From an uncultured Planctomycetota bacterium (GTDB lineage: Bacteria > Planctomycetota > Planctomycetia > Isosphaerales > Isosphaeraceae), in NCBI GenBank assembly GCA_963823665.1, contig CAWGMQ010000004.1, forward strand, positions 2,304,001-2,368,000: a DNA stretch of 64,000 nucleotides, written 5' to 3'. Positions 44,903 through 53,737 of the stretch are shown piece after piece. The translations under genes and the position numbers were made by a program. Within the stretch, counting starts at the first letter, position 1. Every line of letters starts with the position of its first letter. Below the pieces are notes generated by a model, which was not told where the DNA came from, did not search any database, and was given only the letters and a program-made list of their open reading frames with translations.

Positions 44903-45967
44903 TCAGAGAAACGACCGACCGACTGCTGAGAAAAGAGCAGTGCGAGCTCGCAGTGTGGCGAGTGAATCGGTTGCCCCAACTCCAAGCCGGCAGATTTCAA
45001 ACGGGTCCAGCTTTCTCGGGTGATTAACACCGCTCTGCGAGATAAACGCGAGTCGGTAACCGGCTTTGATGGCCGAACTCCTGGTCGTCTGGTTGTAAGT
45101 ACCGTACCATCCAAAAGGGTATGCAAGTGCAGATACCTCACGCCCGAGACGCTCTTGCAGGATTTGTTTGGAGAGCACCAGTTCACGCTCGAGAGACCGT
45201 TCGTCGAGCTTGCCTAGATCGAGATGGCTATGCGAATGCGAGCCAATAGTCAACCGGCCTTCTGTGTCGGCGAGCTGGCGCATTTGCTCCCAGCTCATAA
45301 AGAGAGACTTGCCCAGGTATTCCGATTCAACTGTGATTTCAGCCCGAGCCGCTAGATGCTCAAGGAACCAAGGAAGATCCGTGACCCTTCCGGCAAGAAT
45401 GGCACGGATGATCGTCATCATCGCGTCTGGTCTTGACGTGTTTTCAAGTTCGACATCAAGCGGCAACCTGGTATGACTCGGATCACAATTCAAGAGAAGG
45501 CGGCGCATGCGCGTTTTTTTGATGATATATGCGACATGATCCCACCACGGAAGCTTGGGCGATTGTAGAAACTCGGTTGGAATAAAAAACGTCGCGGGAA
45601 CGTTCAATTCGTTCAAAATAGAAACTGCTGTGGTGAAGTTGTCATGATAACCGTCGTCAAACGTTATAAATGCCGCTTGCTCAGTCCACGGTGCAGCGGT
45701 CTGGATTCGGTTATCGAGCTCAAGTAGCGTCAAGATGCGCATGTGTTTACGCAGCCACTCGATTTGCATGCGAAATGATTGCGGCGCAGCCGAGATGACG
45801 GGATCGTAAAACAGATCGGTGTCCCGCTCTGCGATGCGGTGATAGGTCAATACAACGAGCGCCGGCCTGGTCGTGGCGACCACACGTTCGAGGAGATCTA
45901 TTAAACCGAGCCGTTCCAGCGTTCGGGCCAGGAACTGACGTTTGTTGGATATTCTGCTAAGTCTCAA
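44903..45967 (-). CDS. Polysaccharide deacetylase (CE4/NodB)
   Basis: LTYHRI, ITFDDGY, ATFFI, GSHSHSH, AYPFG. Probable TTG start at 45967 overlapping the upstream TGA, with GAAGGAG upstream; the track start at 46123 would overlap the previous gene. Confidence 0.88.
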   Translation of the reverse strand: MRLSRISNKRQFLARTLERLGLIDLLERVVATTRPALVVLTYHRIAERDTDLFYDPVISAAPQSFRMQIEWLRKHMRILTLLELDNRIQTAAPWTEQAAFITFDDGYHDNFTTAVSILNELNVPATFFIPTEFLQSPKLPWWDHVAYIIKKTRMRRLLLNCDPSHTRLPLDVELENTSRPDAMMTIIRAILAGRVTDLPWFLEHLAARAEITVESEYLGKSLFMSWEQMRQLADTEGRLTIGSHSHSHLDLGKLDERSLERELVLSKQILQERLGREVSALAYPFGWYGTYNQTTRSSAIKAGYRLAFISQSGVNHPRKLDPFEICRLGVGATDSLATLRARTALFSAVGRSFL

Positions 45968-47100
45968 GTGTAAGCGTAATCTCCTTCGAGTGTCGTGAGA
46001 TGAAACATCGCGTCGCGCGGAATCAGTTCTTGCGGATCTCGAATGTGAAACTTCACGCTGAATCGCGAGACAAATCCACAAGCCGAGAGAGCCTCTGAAA
46101 TCCACGGTGTGGACCCGTAGCACTGAACAATGTCTGCTCCTTCGTGTGCGAGCTCTCGCACCAATGCCAGAATAGCCGCTTGCCAGTAAGCAACCTCAAT
46201 TCCGTCAAGCAGACAGTCCACGATCTTACCGGTGCGAGTTCGTCCTTCGTCATGAGAAACAAGATTCAAGAGCGCAAATCCACGTATCCGACCGGTCTCA
46301 TCGCGCAGATACCAGCCAGAAAAATCCTGGCGCGGGAATCGAAGAAATGTGTTCAATCGTGTAGGATCCCGTACCGTGAGGATTACATATGTTTCAGCTT
46401 TTGTGGTGACCTCGAGAATCTCCGGACCAAAGGCCGAAACCCGTTCCAGCGCAAGAAAGGCTCGCGGTCTACCAGGACGCCTGACCAGACGACCGACCGT
46501 ATCATGTGCCAAGCGAAGGAAACGTTCAATCGGGCGAAGACCTCCTTTACGAAGTGAGTACCCAGCTCGTAACACGCGATTGTAAACCGGCACTGATCCT
46601 CGAAGCTGATAGCCCGCTCGCTCTCCGACAGCAAGTGCCGATGGACTGACACCCAGGCCGAACTGAGTTTCGGCTCCCTGATGCGACAACCGCATCAAGC
46701 TAATCCCAATTGCGCGGTGATCCGATGATCCAAGCCAATCAATAATGTGCATTGTCCCGACCTGGCCGGAAGGTACGGTAATTCCTTTGCCCCGGAAGTA
46801 CGTTCGACAAAACCCAAGATGACCGGCAATTTTACCGGACTCGCTGGCAGCTACGTAGCTAAGCGGAGCATGGCAACAACCGCGAAAATCAATCGATTGA
46901 TCCTGCAGACTTTCGTCAGTAGACGAGGTACCACTTTCTGAGCTGATACTGTTTCCGAAACCCAATGGTTCCAGGTATTTCCAGCGAAGCACTGCGGGAG
47001 CAGCGAAGTCGGCATCAGGCCGTGCCTGAAAACCTGCGGCCAGAAATTGGCTCAGCTCAGGAAGATCCTTTGGACACAGTGGTCGGATGTCGCGGGCCAT
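45964..47100 (-). CDS. GNAT-like acyltransferase
   Basis: IRPL...DL, LRWKY, GKIAGHLG, DW...HRAIGISL acetyl-CoA-loop-like segment. Likely ATG at 47100. Confidence 0.65.
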   Translation of the reverse strand: MARDIRPLCPKDLPELSQFLAAGFQARPDADFAAPAVLRWKYLEPLGFGNSISSESGTSSTDESLQDQSIDFRGCCHAPLSYVAASESGKIAGHLGFCRTYFRGKGITVPSGQVGTMHIIDWLGSSDHRAIGISLMRLSHQGAETQFGLGVSPSALAVGERAGYQLRGSVPVYNRVLRAGYSLRKGGLRPIERFLRLAHDTVGRLVRRPGRPRAFLALERVSAFGPEILEVTTKAETYVILTVRDPTRLNTFLRFPRQDFSGWYLRDETGRIRGFALLNLVSHDEGRTRTGKIVDCLLDGIEVAYWQAAILALVRELAHEGADIVQCYGSTPWISEALSACGFVSRFSVKFHIRDPQELIPRDAMFHLTTLEGDYAYT

Positions 47101-47340
47101 GATGATGGCTGCGGTGCAGTTATCTCGTGGGTTCGTATTCGAGTTTCTCTTGGTTTCCCACTCTCCTTCGAGTGTACCACAGGCTTTACCAATCACCGAA
47201 TCTCGCATTCTACGGGTCAAGTTGCTAGAATCCCGTGCGGCACGGAAGATACAAAAGCCATTCTTGTATCGAGCTTCAGAACAGGGGTGTGCGCCGGTAA
47301 CGGCCTACGCCTTTGATTCTTCATCCACAAGGAGGTTCCA

Positions 47341-47814
47341 ATGGCCAGTTCCAGGCGACGTACTCTTGGATTTGATTGCCTTGAAGGAAAGCTCTTGCTA
47401 TCGACAGGAATGGCCGACCCTGCCGCAATTGTCCATCAGGCAAAGGCAAATCGTTTCCACCTAAACGGCACGCTTCGCGGAATCCCATCCGGCACGGCCG
47501 TTCCTAATGGCTTCATAGTTTCTTCGTTCGTGCTCAGTGGAAATGTCGCCTCGATGGGTAATATTGAGGGGGCGTTCTTCCTGAAGCACAGTTTCATTCC
47601 ATCTGGAAAACTTCCTGATCTCAGCAAGGCAACATTGGTGCTTCTCAATCAGAAGGGCAGAGTCAACATCGCGCTCGACGCAACTGGCTCACACCATTAC
47701 AAGTTCACAATCATGTCAGGTTCCGGCGACTACACTTTTGCTTCTGGAACGGGGAATCTTACAGTCTCCGGAAGCCACAAGTCGCCCTACTTCACCATCA
47801 AGATGCACTCATAG
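47341..47814 (+). CDS. Small protein with planctomycete LEPR-XLL-type extracellular signal
   Basis: AAGGAGG RBS; N-terminal RRRTLGFDCLEGKLLLS; beta-rich body. Confidence 0.75.
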   Translation: MASSRRRTLGFDCLEGKLLLSTGMADPAAIVHQAKANRFHLNGTLRGIPSGTAVPNGFIVSSFVLSGNVASMGNIEGAFFLKHSFIPSGKLPDLSKATLVLLNQKGRVNIALDATGSHHYKFTIMSGSGDYTFASGTGNLTVSGSHKSPYFTIKMHS

Positions 47815-47854
47815 AGGGTGAAGGATATGCATCACGGCTCGCGGAGGGTTTTAA

Positions 47855-49087
47855 GTGTATCGTGACGTCCTGACGATTGTTCTAGCCGGAGGACGAGGAT
47901 CGCGCCTTGAGCCCTTGACTCGCGACCGTGCCAAACCTGCTGTCCCGTTCGGTGGTATTTACCGCATTATTGATTTCACGCTATCGAACTGCATCAACTC
48001 GGATTTGCGCAAGGTCCTCGTGCTGACTCAATACAAAGCCACCAGCCTGAACCGGCATCTCGACGAAGGTTGGAGATTCCTCTGCCGTGAACTCGGTGAG
48101 TATATCGAAGTCAGCCCCCCGCAGCAAAGAATCGCCGAGATGTGGTATCAAGGGACGGCGGATGCGATTTATCAGAATGTTTACACAATCGAAAAGGCAG
48201 CACCACGCGACACAATGATTCTGGCTGGCGACCATATTTATAAGATGAATTACGCACGAATGATTGATTACCACCGAGAGAATCATGCCGATCTGACAAT
48301 TGCCTGCTTGCCGACCCAGCGCACCCAGGCACGCGATCTTGGCGTGATGGTGATCAATAACGAACAGCGCGTGACCCAGTTTGTTGAAAAGCCGAGAGAT
48401 CCTCCGGGAATGCCCGGCCAGCCTGATAAAGCACTCGGCTCCATGGGCATCTACATCTTCAACACGGACGTGATGTACGAGCTTTTATTTCAAGATGCAG
48501 CCAAGAAGGAAGCCAGCCGCCATGACTTCGGCCAGGATATCATCCCGGCAATGATCACGGGGGGCTCACGTGTCTTTGCGTATCCATTCCGTGATGAGAA
48601 TCGCAAGGAGGCTGCATACTGGCGCGATGTTGGTACACTCGATGCCTATTTCCAGACGAACATGGACCTGATCCAGGTCGACCCGGTGCTGAATCTTTAC
48701 GACCAGGAATGGCCAATCCATACTCACCAGCCTGCTTTTCCACCTCCCAAGTTCGTACACACTGAAGGAGACCGTCGGGGAGCTGCCTTTGACTCGATTG
48801 TCTGCCAGGGGGCCATTATCTCGGGAGGCCAGGTCTACCGTAGCATTGTTTCACCGGGTGTGCGCGTTAATAGTTTTGCACTTGTCGAAGATGCGATCCT
48901 CTTCGATGGCGTCGACGTGGGACGCTACTCACGTATTCGCCGGGCAATCATCGATAAGGAAGTCCGCATTCCTACTGGTTTCGAGATCGGCTGGAACCGC
49001 GAGGTCGATCTTGAACGTGGATTCACTGTCACCGACGACGGCATCGTCGTTGTCGCCAAGGGAGAAGACCTGGAACGCTTCGGATAA
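47855..49087 (+). CDS. glgC: Glucose-1-phosphate adenylyltransferase
   Basis: LAGGRGSRL, RAKPAVPFGG, WYQGTADA, GDHIYKM, FVEKP, YWRDVGT. Confidence 0.97.
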   Translation: MYRDVLTIVLAGGRGSRLEPLTRDRAKPAVPFGGIYRIIDFTLSNCINSDLRKVLVLTQYKATSLNRHLDEGWRFLCRELGEYIEVSPPQQRIAEMWYQGTADAIYQNVYTIEKAAPRDTMILAGDHIYKMNYARMIDYHRENHADLTIACLPTQRTQARDLGVMVINNEQRVTQFVEKPRDPPGMPGQPDKALGSMGIYIFNTDVMYELLFQDAAKKEASRHDFGQDIIPAMITGGSRVFAYPFRDENRKEAAYWRDVGTLDAYFQTNMDLIQVDPVLNLYDQEWPIHTHQPAFPPPKFVHTEGDRRGAAFDSIVCQGAIISGGQVYRSIVSPGVRVNSFALVEDAILFDGVDVGRYSRIRRAIIDKEVRIPTGFEIGWNREVDLERGFTVTDDGIVVVAKGEDLERFG

Positions 49088-49127
49088 TCTGGAAGTGGGG
49101 CTTTCGCGACCAAGACAAGACGCCCGA

Positions 49128-50120
49128 TCAACTCGCAGACTCTTCCTCCGTGGTTGCTCCGCGTTTTTCCCCGTGCTGTTCACTCTCCTGTGCTTTTAAT
49201 CGGAGTGCTTCATCCGCTCCGATGATCTGAATCGGTGGAACATTGACACGCTGAAGATGGTCTTCAATCCCAGCGGCCGTACGATACATGTGATGAACGT
49301 TATCCTTCTGTGCGGCGATAGACCGCCGCTTTTCCTGCCACGCTAGAAGCTCTGCGGCAGCTTTGGGCTCGGCGAACCCGATTGGCGCCTCCACTGCCGT
49401 AGCGCCCTCGAACGTGGAATGTGGAACCGGTAAGAGCTGCCCCAAACTTTCACCTTGCCGGAACACCACTGTACCGGGCTGGACCAGCTTCCAGTTCAAT
49501 GTGAACGTGTAGTTCAGCCACCAAGTCTCAATCACACCCTCAAGTGGTACACAATTCGGCTTCCAACGATTACTTGGTCCCTTCAGATAGAGATCCCAGC
49601 CTGGCGGTGTGCGAAAAAGCCAAGGCGGCGAGAAGGTGACAATGCCAGCGCCAAATTGGCTCTTGATTGCCGGGACAAACTGAGGAGGAACTTCGACTCG
49701 AAGACCTTCAAGCCCGGGTCTTCCATCCCACGTAGCAACAACATCGGTTGGGCAAAGCACCTGCCAGCCCCACTGGTTAGCCACAACAAGCGGAAGACAC
49801 TTATAAGCGTGCGGTAACTCGTCCATCCAATGCCGTCGCGCAGGAGAAGGTCGCAGTTGCCATCCTTCACCCCAACCGTAAGGAATCAGGCGAAGTGCCT
49901 TGAACTCCACAGGAGGCAGATTCTCCGATTTAGCGGCTGAAGGCGCCTGATTCTCGGCAAATCGTTCTGATGCTGCTTTTTCGAGATCTGCAATTCGCAA
50001 CTCGAGAGACTGGCATCTCGGGCATAAAGCCGAGTGTTGCTCGTGGTCTTGAACCACTTGCGTGCGGTCATCGCTTGAGGTTTCAACTTGCTTACTCGAT
50101 CGCTTGGCTGACCGACCCAA
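49128..50120 (-). CDS. DUF6065-like protein
   Basis: RHWMD...AYKCLPL..ANQWGW, FRTPPGW.L...GP.N, LEGVIET.W. Confidence 0.75.
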   Translation of the reverse strand: MGRSAKRSSKQVETSSDDRTQVVQDHEQHSALCPRCQSLELRIADLEKAASERFAENQAPSAAKSENLPPVEFKALRLIPYGWGEGWQLRPSPARRHWMDELPHAYKCLPLVVANQWGWQVLCPTDVVATWDGRPGLEGLRVEVPPQFVPAIKSQFGAGIVTFSPPWLFRTPPGWDLYLKGPSNRWKPNCVPLEGVIETWWLNYTFTLNWKLVQPGTVVFRQGESLGQLLPVPHSTFEGATAVEAPIGFAEPKAAAELLAWQEKRRSIAAQKDNVHHMYRTAAGIEDHLQRVNVPPIQIIGADEALRLKAQESEQHGEKRGATTEEESAS

Positions 50121-50231
50121 GGTGTTGTCCTCCTGACTCTGTTACGCCCCAGTTACGGAACCGCTGGTGCGTTGGCCCGATAGGCATGCTCGCCTTAGAG
50201 CATAAGCCTTACGAAGCTGTCATCGCAATGA

Positions 50232-51926
50232 TTAAAGATAGCCGAGGTCTGCTAGTCGTTCCTTGATCGTGGCGTCTTCGTCCTGTGTATAGTGAAAATC
50301 GTCAGGCGGGCTTGAGCCCCTATTGATCCCTGCAAAAGCAGGCGACAAAACCACCTGCGGTGATGCGAGCGCGGGCTCCTGATCGAGCAATTCCGTCAGG
50401 ATCCGGCCGTCTATATCGTCGGGAATATTGATCCCAAGCAGAGAAAGCACCGTCGGTGCAATATCGAGTAAGCTTGCCTCGGTTGGCTCGACACCGCAGC
50501 GAACAAGTGGTCCGTTTGCAATGAGGATGCCCTCAGGACGGTGATCACCCGTTGGCCCAAATGCTGGGGTGATCACGCGGTTAGTCGTGAAATCGTGAAG
50601 GCCGATTGTGCGATACCGCCAGTCTGTGAGTACAACGGTCAAGTCTGGGGCCAAGGCGGTATGTGGGCCGTGGTACAACTCATCTCGCTCGTAAACATGC
50701 TCAACGAGCGGCTTGCCTGTGCCGGGGTGTGGAATGGAGTTGAGATCGGACTTCAACTCCTCGATCAAGGAGCTTACTTCGGCTGGGGCGACGCAGCCGT
50801 CTGGCTGACGTCCCTTCAGGTTCAAGAAGATCTGGCCGAAGTTCCCCTGCGCGTAGGCACGGGTCCGTGACCAGTCAATGTGTCTGCGCGAGAGAAAGAG
50901 CGATTCGCCCAGTCTGTCCATGAAGCTGTCTTGCTTCCCTCGAAACCGGCTAACCCGATGGCTGCCCAGACCAAGCTTCGTCATCAAGCCGTATATCCAT
51001 TCGGGCGTCACACCTCTGCGGTAGCACCAGTGTTTCTGCTTGACGTAGAACGAATCCTTGAGTGCGATATAGCCCCTCTCAAGCAGCCAGACGTTGAAAT
51101 TAACGTAATGCTCGATTGGACCGAAACCGTGGTCGCTAATTATCAAAAACGTCGTATCGGGCGGCAGGCTTGCCTCAATTTCTCCGACACCTCTGTCAAG
51201 CTGTCGCCAGAATTCCAGCAGCTTCGGCCGCAACGCTTTTAGCTCGCGTTCTCGCCCACGTACAGCCTGGTGAGTCAAGTCCCAGACATGCCATAACTCG
51301 TGCTGTAACCGATCAGTGGCCATCAGGTCAAAAATGAAGAGATCCCAATCACATCGATCCATCATGAACTTGATCGCGTCGAGATGCTGCTGCATGAAGC
51401 GAAACAAGTCGTCAAGAACCTGGGCTTCGTTCCCACCATCGTGGATCGAAGTTGACCAGGGCTGGTAAGGGCCAACGGCTTTCTCAAGCTCGGCGAAGAG
51501 AGCCGGGTCAGTGGAGAAGTCAGATGCGCCGGTGGGGCTAAGGAAATCGCCGAGAAAAAAACCTGGAAATCGCTTTGCGGGCCGTGGCGGATAACTCATC
51601 GGCACTCCGCCCGCTACTGTTTTCTTACCGTATTGCTGAATGATCTCCCATAATAACCTTGATTGAATTGCCCGTGACGAGTTCACTCGTCCCTTCAAAG
51701 GATCATGTCGATAGTCGACGAACTCGAAGATCCCGTGCTTGCCTGAATTCTGCCCCGTCATCACACCAGTCCACGCAACTGGTGACAAGGGTGGGAACAC
51801 GGAGCGCAGTGATCCCCATGCCCCCTGTTCACGAAGCCTGGCCAGATTCGGCAGCCAGCCGTCCTGAATTAACGGCTCGAGCACATCCCACGTCGCGCCG
51901 TCCAAGCCCAGAACGAAGACCTTCAT
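50232..51926 (-). CDS. Alkaline phosphatase superfamily (nucleotide pyrophosphatase/phosphodiesterase-like) protein
   Basis: VLGLDGA, SVFPPLSPVAW, DRLQHE, ISDHGF, GDHRPEG, DIAPT, C-terminal RLADLGYL. Confidence 0.88.
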   Translation of the reverse strand: MKVFVLGLDGATWDVLEPLIQDGWLPNLARLREQGAWGSLRSVFPPLSPVAWTGVMTGQNSGKHGIFEFVDYRHDPLKGRVNSSRAIQSRLLWEIIQQYGKKTVAGGVPMSYPPRPAKRFPGFFLGDFLSPTGASDFSTDPALFAELEKAVGPYQPWSTSIHDGGNEAQVLDDLFRFMQQHLDAIKFMMDRCDWDLFIFDLMATDRLQHELWHVWDLTHQAVRGRERELKALRPKLLEFWRQLDRGVGEIEASLPPDTTFLIISDHGFGPIEHYVNFNVWLLERGYIALKDSFYVKQKHWCYRRGVTPEWIYGLMTKLGLGSHRVSRFRGKQDSFMDRLGESLFLSRRHIDWSRTRAYAQGNFGQIFLNLKGRQPDGCVAPAEVSSLIEELKSDLNSIPHPGTGKPLVEHVYERDELYHGPHTALAPDLTVVLTDWRYRTIGLHDFTTNRVITPAFGPTGDHRPEGILIANGPLVRCGVEPTEASLLDIAPTVLSLLGINIPDDIDGRILTELLDQEPALASPQVVLSPAFAGINRGSSPPDDFHYTQDEDATIKERLADLGYL

Positions 51927-52619
51927 CGTGCCAAGATCCTTTCCGGTGCTTCTTTCGGGAAGACAGCCCTTTGTACATAACCGATCATGCTGCCGAGTTC
52001 GTGATAAATAAATCGCGAATTCCGCTGTCTTGAAGGAAACATTTTACCCAAACATCGCAAACATTTGAAATCACTAAACATGCGCCATGGCCCTAAACCT
52101 CCAGTATTCCCTCTATTCGATCCTCACGCAAATATCCGACGTCTATTCCATAAGTAATTGCCATGAAATAATTTGCCGATTACGTTGCTATCTATGACTT
52201 GCACTCACACTTGGATTGGATCAATTTCGTGGCAAAGCAAATTGGTCATCGTTCTCGTCCTAGCGGACTGAAGGTCGTGGAATTGGCCGAATTGTATTGA
52301 TAAACGAGAACTTCCGCAGCGCGACCTTCGGCGGCCAGTTGATTGTCCAAGTCCGCGCAGAACAGGTCTCCGCCTGCTCGAATGAAAGGCAATTGCTGTT
52401 CCAGCGCCGTGCTGAGAATCCGCCCAGAAACTCCGCACGATCGCTTACAGACGTGGCTATCCGAGCCGACAATCTCAAGCGGGCTGACGACGGGTGCGAA
52501 ATATTCGTCTGATCTAAAACAAAATAGCTAAACGTGTTAGGTATATTGCGTCAAGCTTGGTCAGCGTGACCAGCCTGTGTCGGCATGCAGCGTGCTTTTC
52601 TTGAGATCATTATCACGAG

Positions 52620-52759
52620 GCCTGAAACAAAATCACGCTGGTCTAAAGAAGCAGCACTGACTTGAGGTGCTTCCCTCCCGACAACTTTTACAGAAATCAC
52701 GAGCAAGCGTCGTTCTCCCTGGCTGTGCCCGGCCCCCTCGTTGGGGGCCGGGTTTTTTT
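52620..52759 (+). ncRNA. Candidate small RNA (5' end unknown)
   Basis: Plus-strand terminator with no plus-strand gene upstream; hairpin GAAGCA...TGCTTC and C/U-rich tracts precede it. Confidence 0.35.
52728..52759 (+). terminator. Strong intrinsic terminator on the plus strand
   Basis: Perfect 10-bp GC stem CCCGGCCCCC-TCGTT-GGGGGCCGGG followed by T7. Confidence 0.9.
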
Positions 52760-52858
52760 ATTTCTTTGTCGCATACGGTTTTCGACTGTAGGCAGAACCT
52801 CAGCTAGCTAGCGAACCCGGTATTCGGTTTTGCCTTATACTTTTCGAGTGCGTGGAAA

Positions 52859-53721
52859 CTATTCCAAACTCATCAAGTACGCAAAGAGGTCGTGCAATTC
52901 CTTGACTGTCAGTAACTCGGCGATATTCTCCGGCATCAGTGACTTCTTCAAGACTTTGAAGTCTTCCAAGTCGCGCTTGAGCAGCGAGTGAAATCGCCCG
53001 TTCTCCTCGTAGAGCTGAACGCTGAAATTCGTCTCGTTCACGCGCAGGCCTGTGATCACCTTGCCGTCTTTGGTTGCGACGGCGACCGCCTCGTACTCGG
53101 AAGCAATTTCTTTCGAGGGTTGTACGATTGACTCCATCACAAACTCCGGGCGCACGACGGCTCGCAATGCGATCAAGTGCCGGCCCGATTCGTCCCCCTT
53201 CACCCCCTACGTGGTGACACTTCGCACACTGCACCTTTCCTTGCTGATCGAAGAAGATCTTTCGGCCCGCCTCTGCTTTACCTGGCATGTATGGCTTCCA
53301 CGTGCTCTCACCAGGTGAACGCGCGAGGCTGTGGATATAGCCAATCAACGTGCGAATCTGCGCAGGCTTCGAGCGCATCCCCTAGCTTCTTCATCGTTGT
53401 GTTCGGCACGCCGTTCTCGATAACTCGGGCGATGTCTGTGTCGCTGCTGCCATGGATCCAGCGATTGTCCGTCAGGTCGGGTCCCTTTCCCCCACGTCCA
53501 GCCCCGCCATGGCATCCACTACAAAGACCGCGAAACATTGCTTGGCCTTCTGCCAATGTCGCCGGATCTTGGGCTGCATTCTGTGGTGCAGTCGACTGTA
53601 CGGTCCCGGTCGTCGTCGGGGGTGCCGCCGGCTGTTGCTGGCTTCCCAGAGTGAAAACTGCGGCCCAGCTCAGCAAACCCATCATGATGGTGGCACGAAG
53701 GTACGTGACACGCCAGCTCAT
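52859..53721 (-). CDS. Exported di-heme cytochrome c (class I domain plus planctomycete-type heme-binding domain); two frameshifts (~53370, ~53149)
   Basis: Signal peptide; CSGCH..GPDLTDNRWIHG..NTTM; then GRKIF..CAKCH..GGRIGPALD..ESIVQPS..SLMPE..DLFAYL, spread over track ORFs 53308..54015, 52800..53378 and 52859..53203. Repaired length 286 aa. Confidence 0.85.
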
Positions 53722-53737
53722 CGATCGCGTCACAAGC

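Noticed and set aside
52205..52531. Several 60-77 aa ORFs in the large intergenic gap
   Set aside because: No clear RBS or recognisable motif and they overlap each other; not supportable as genes, although one small peptide cannot be excluded.
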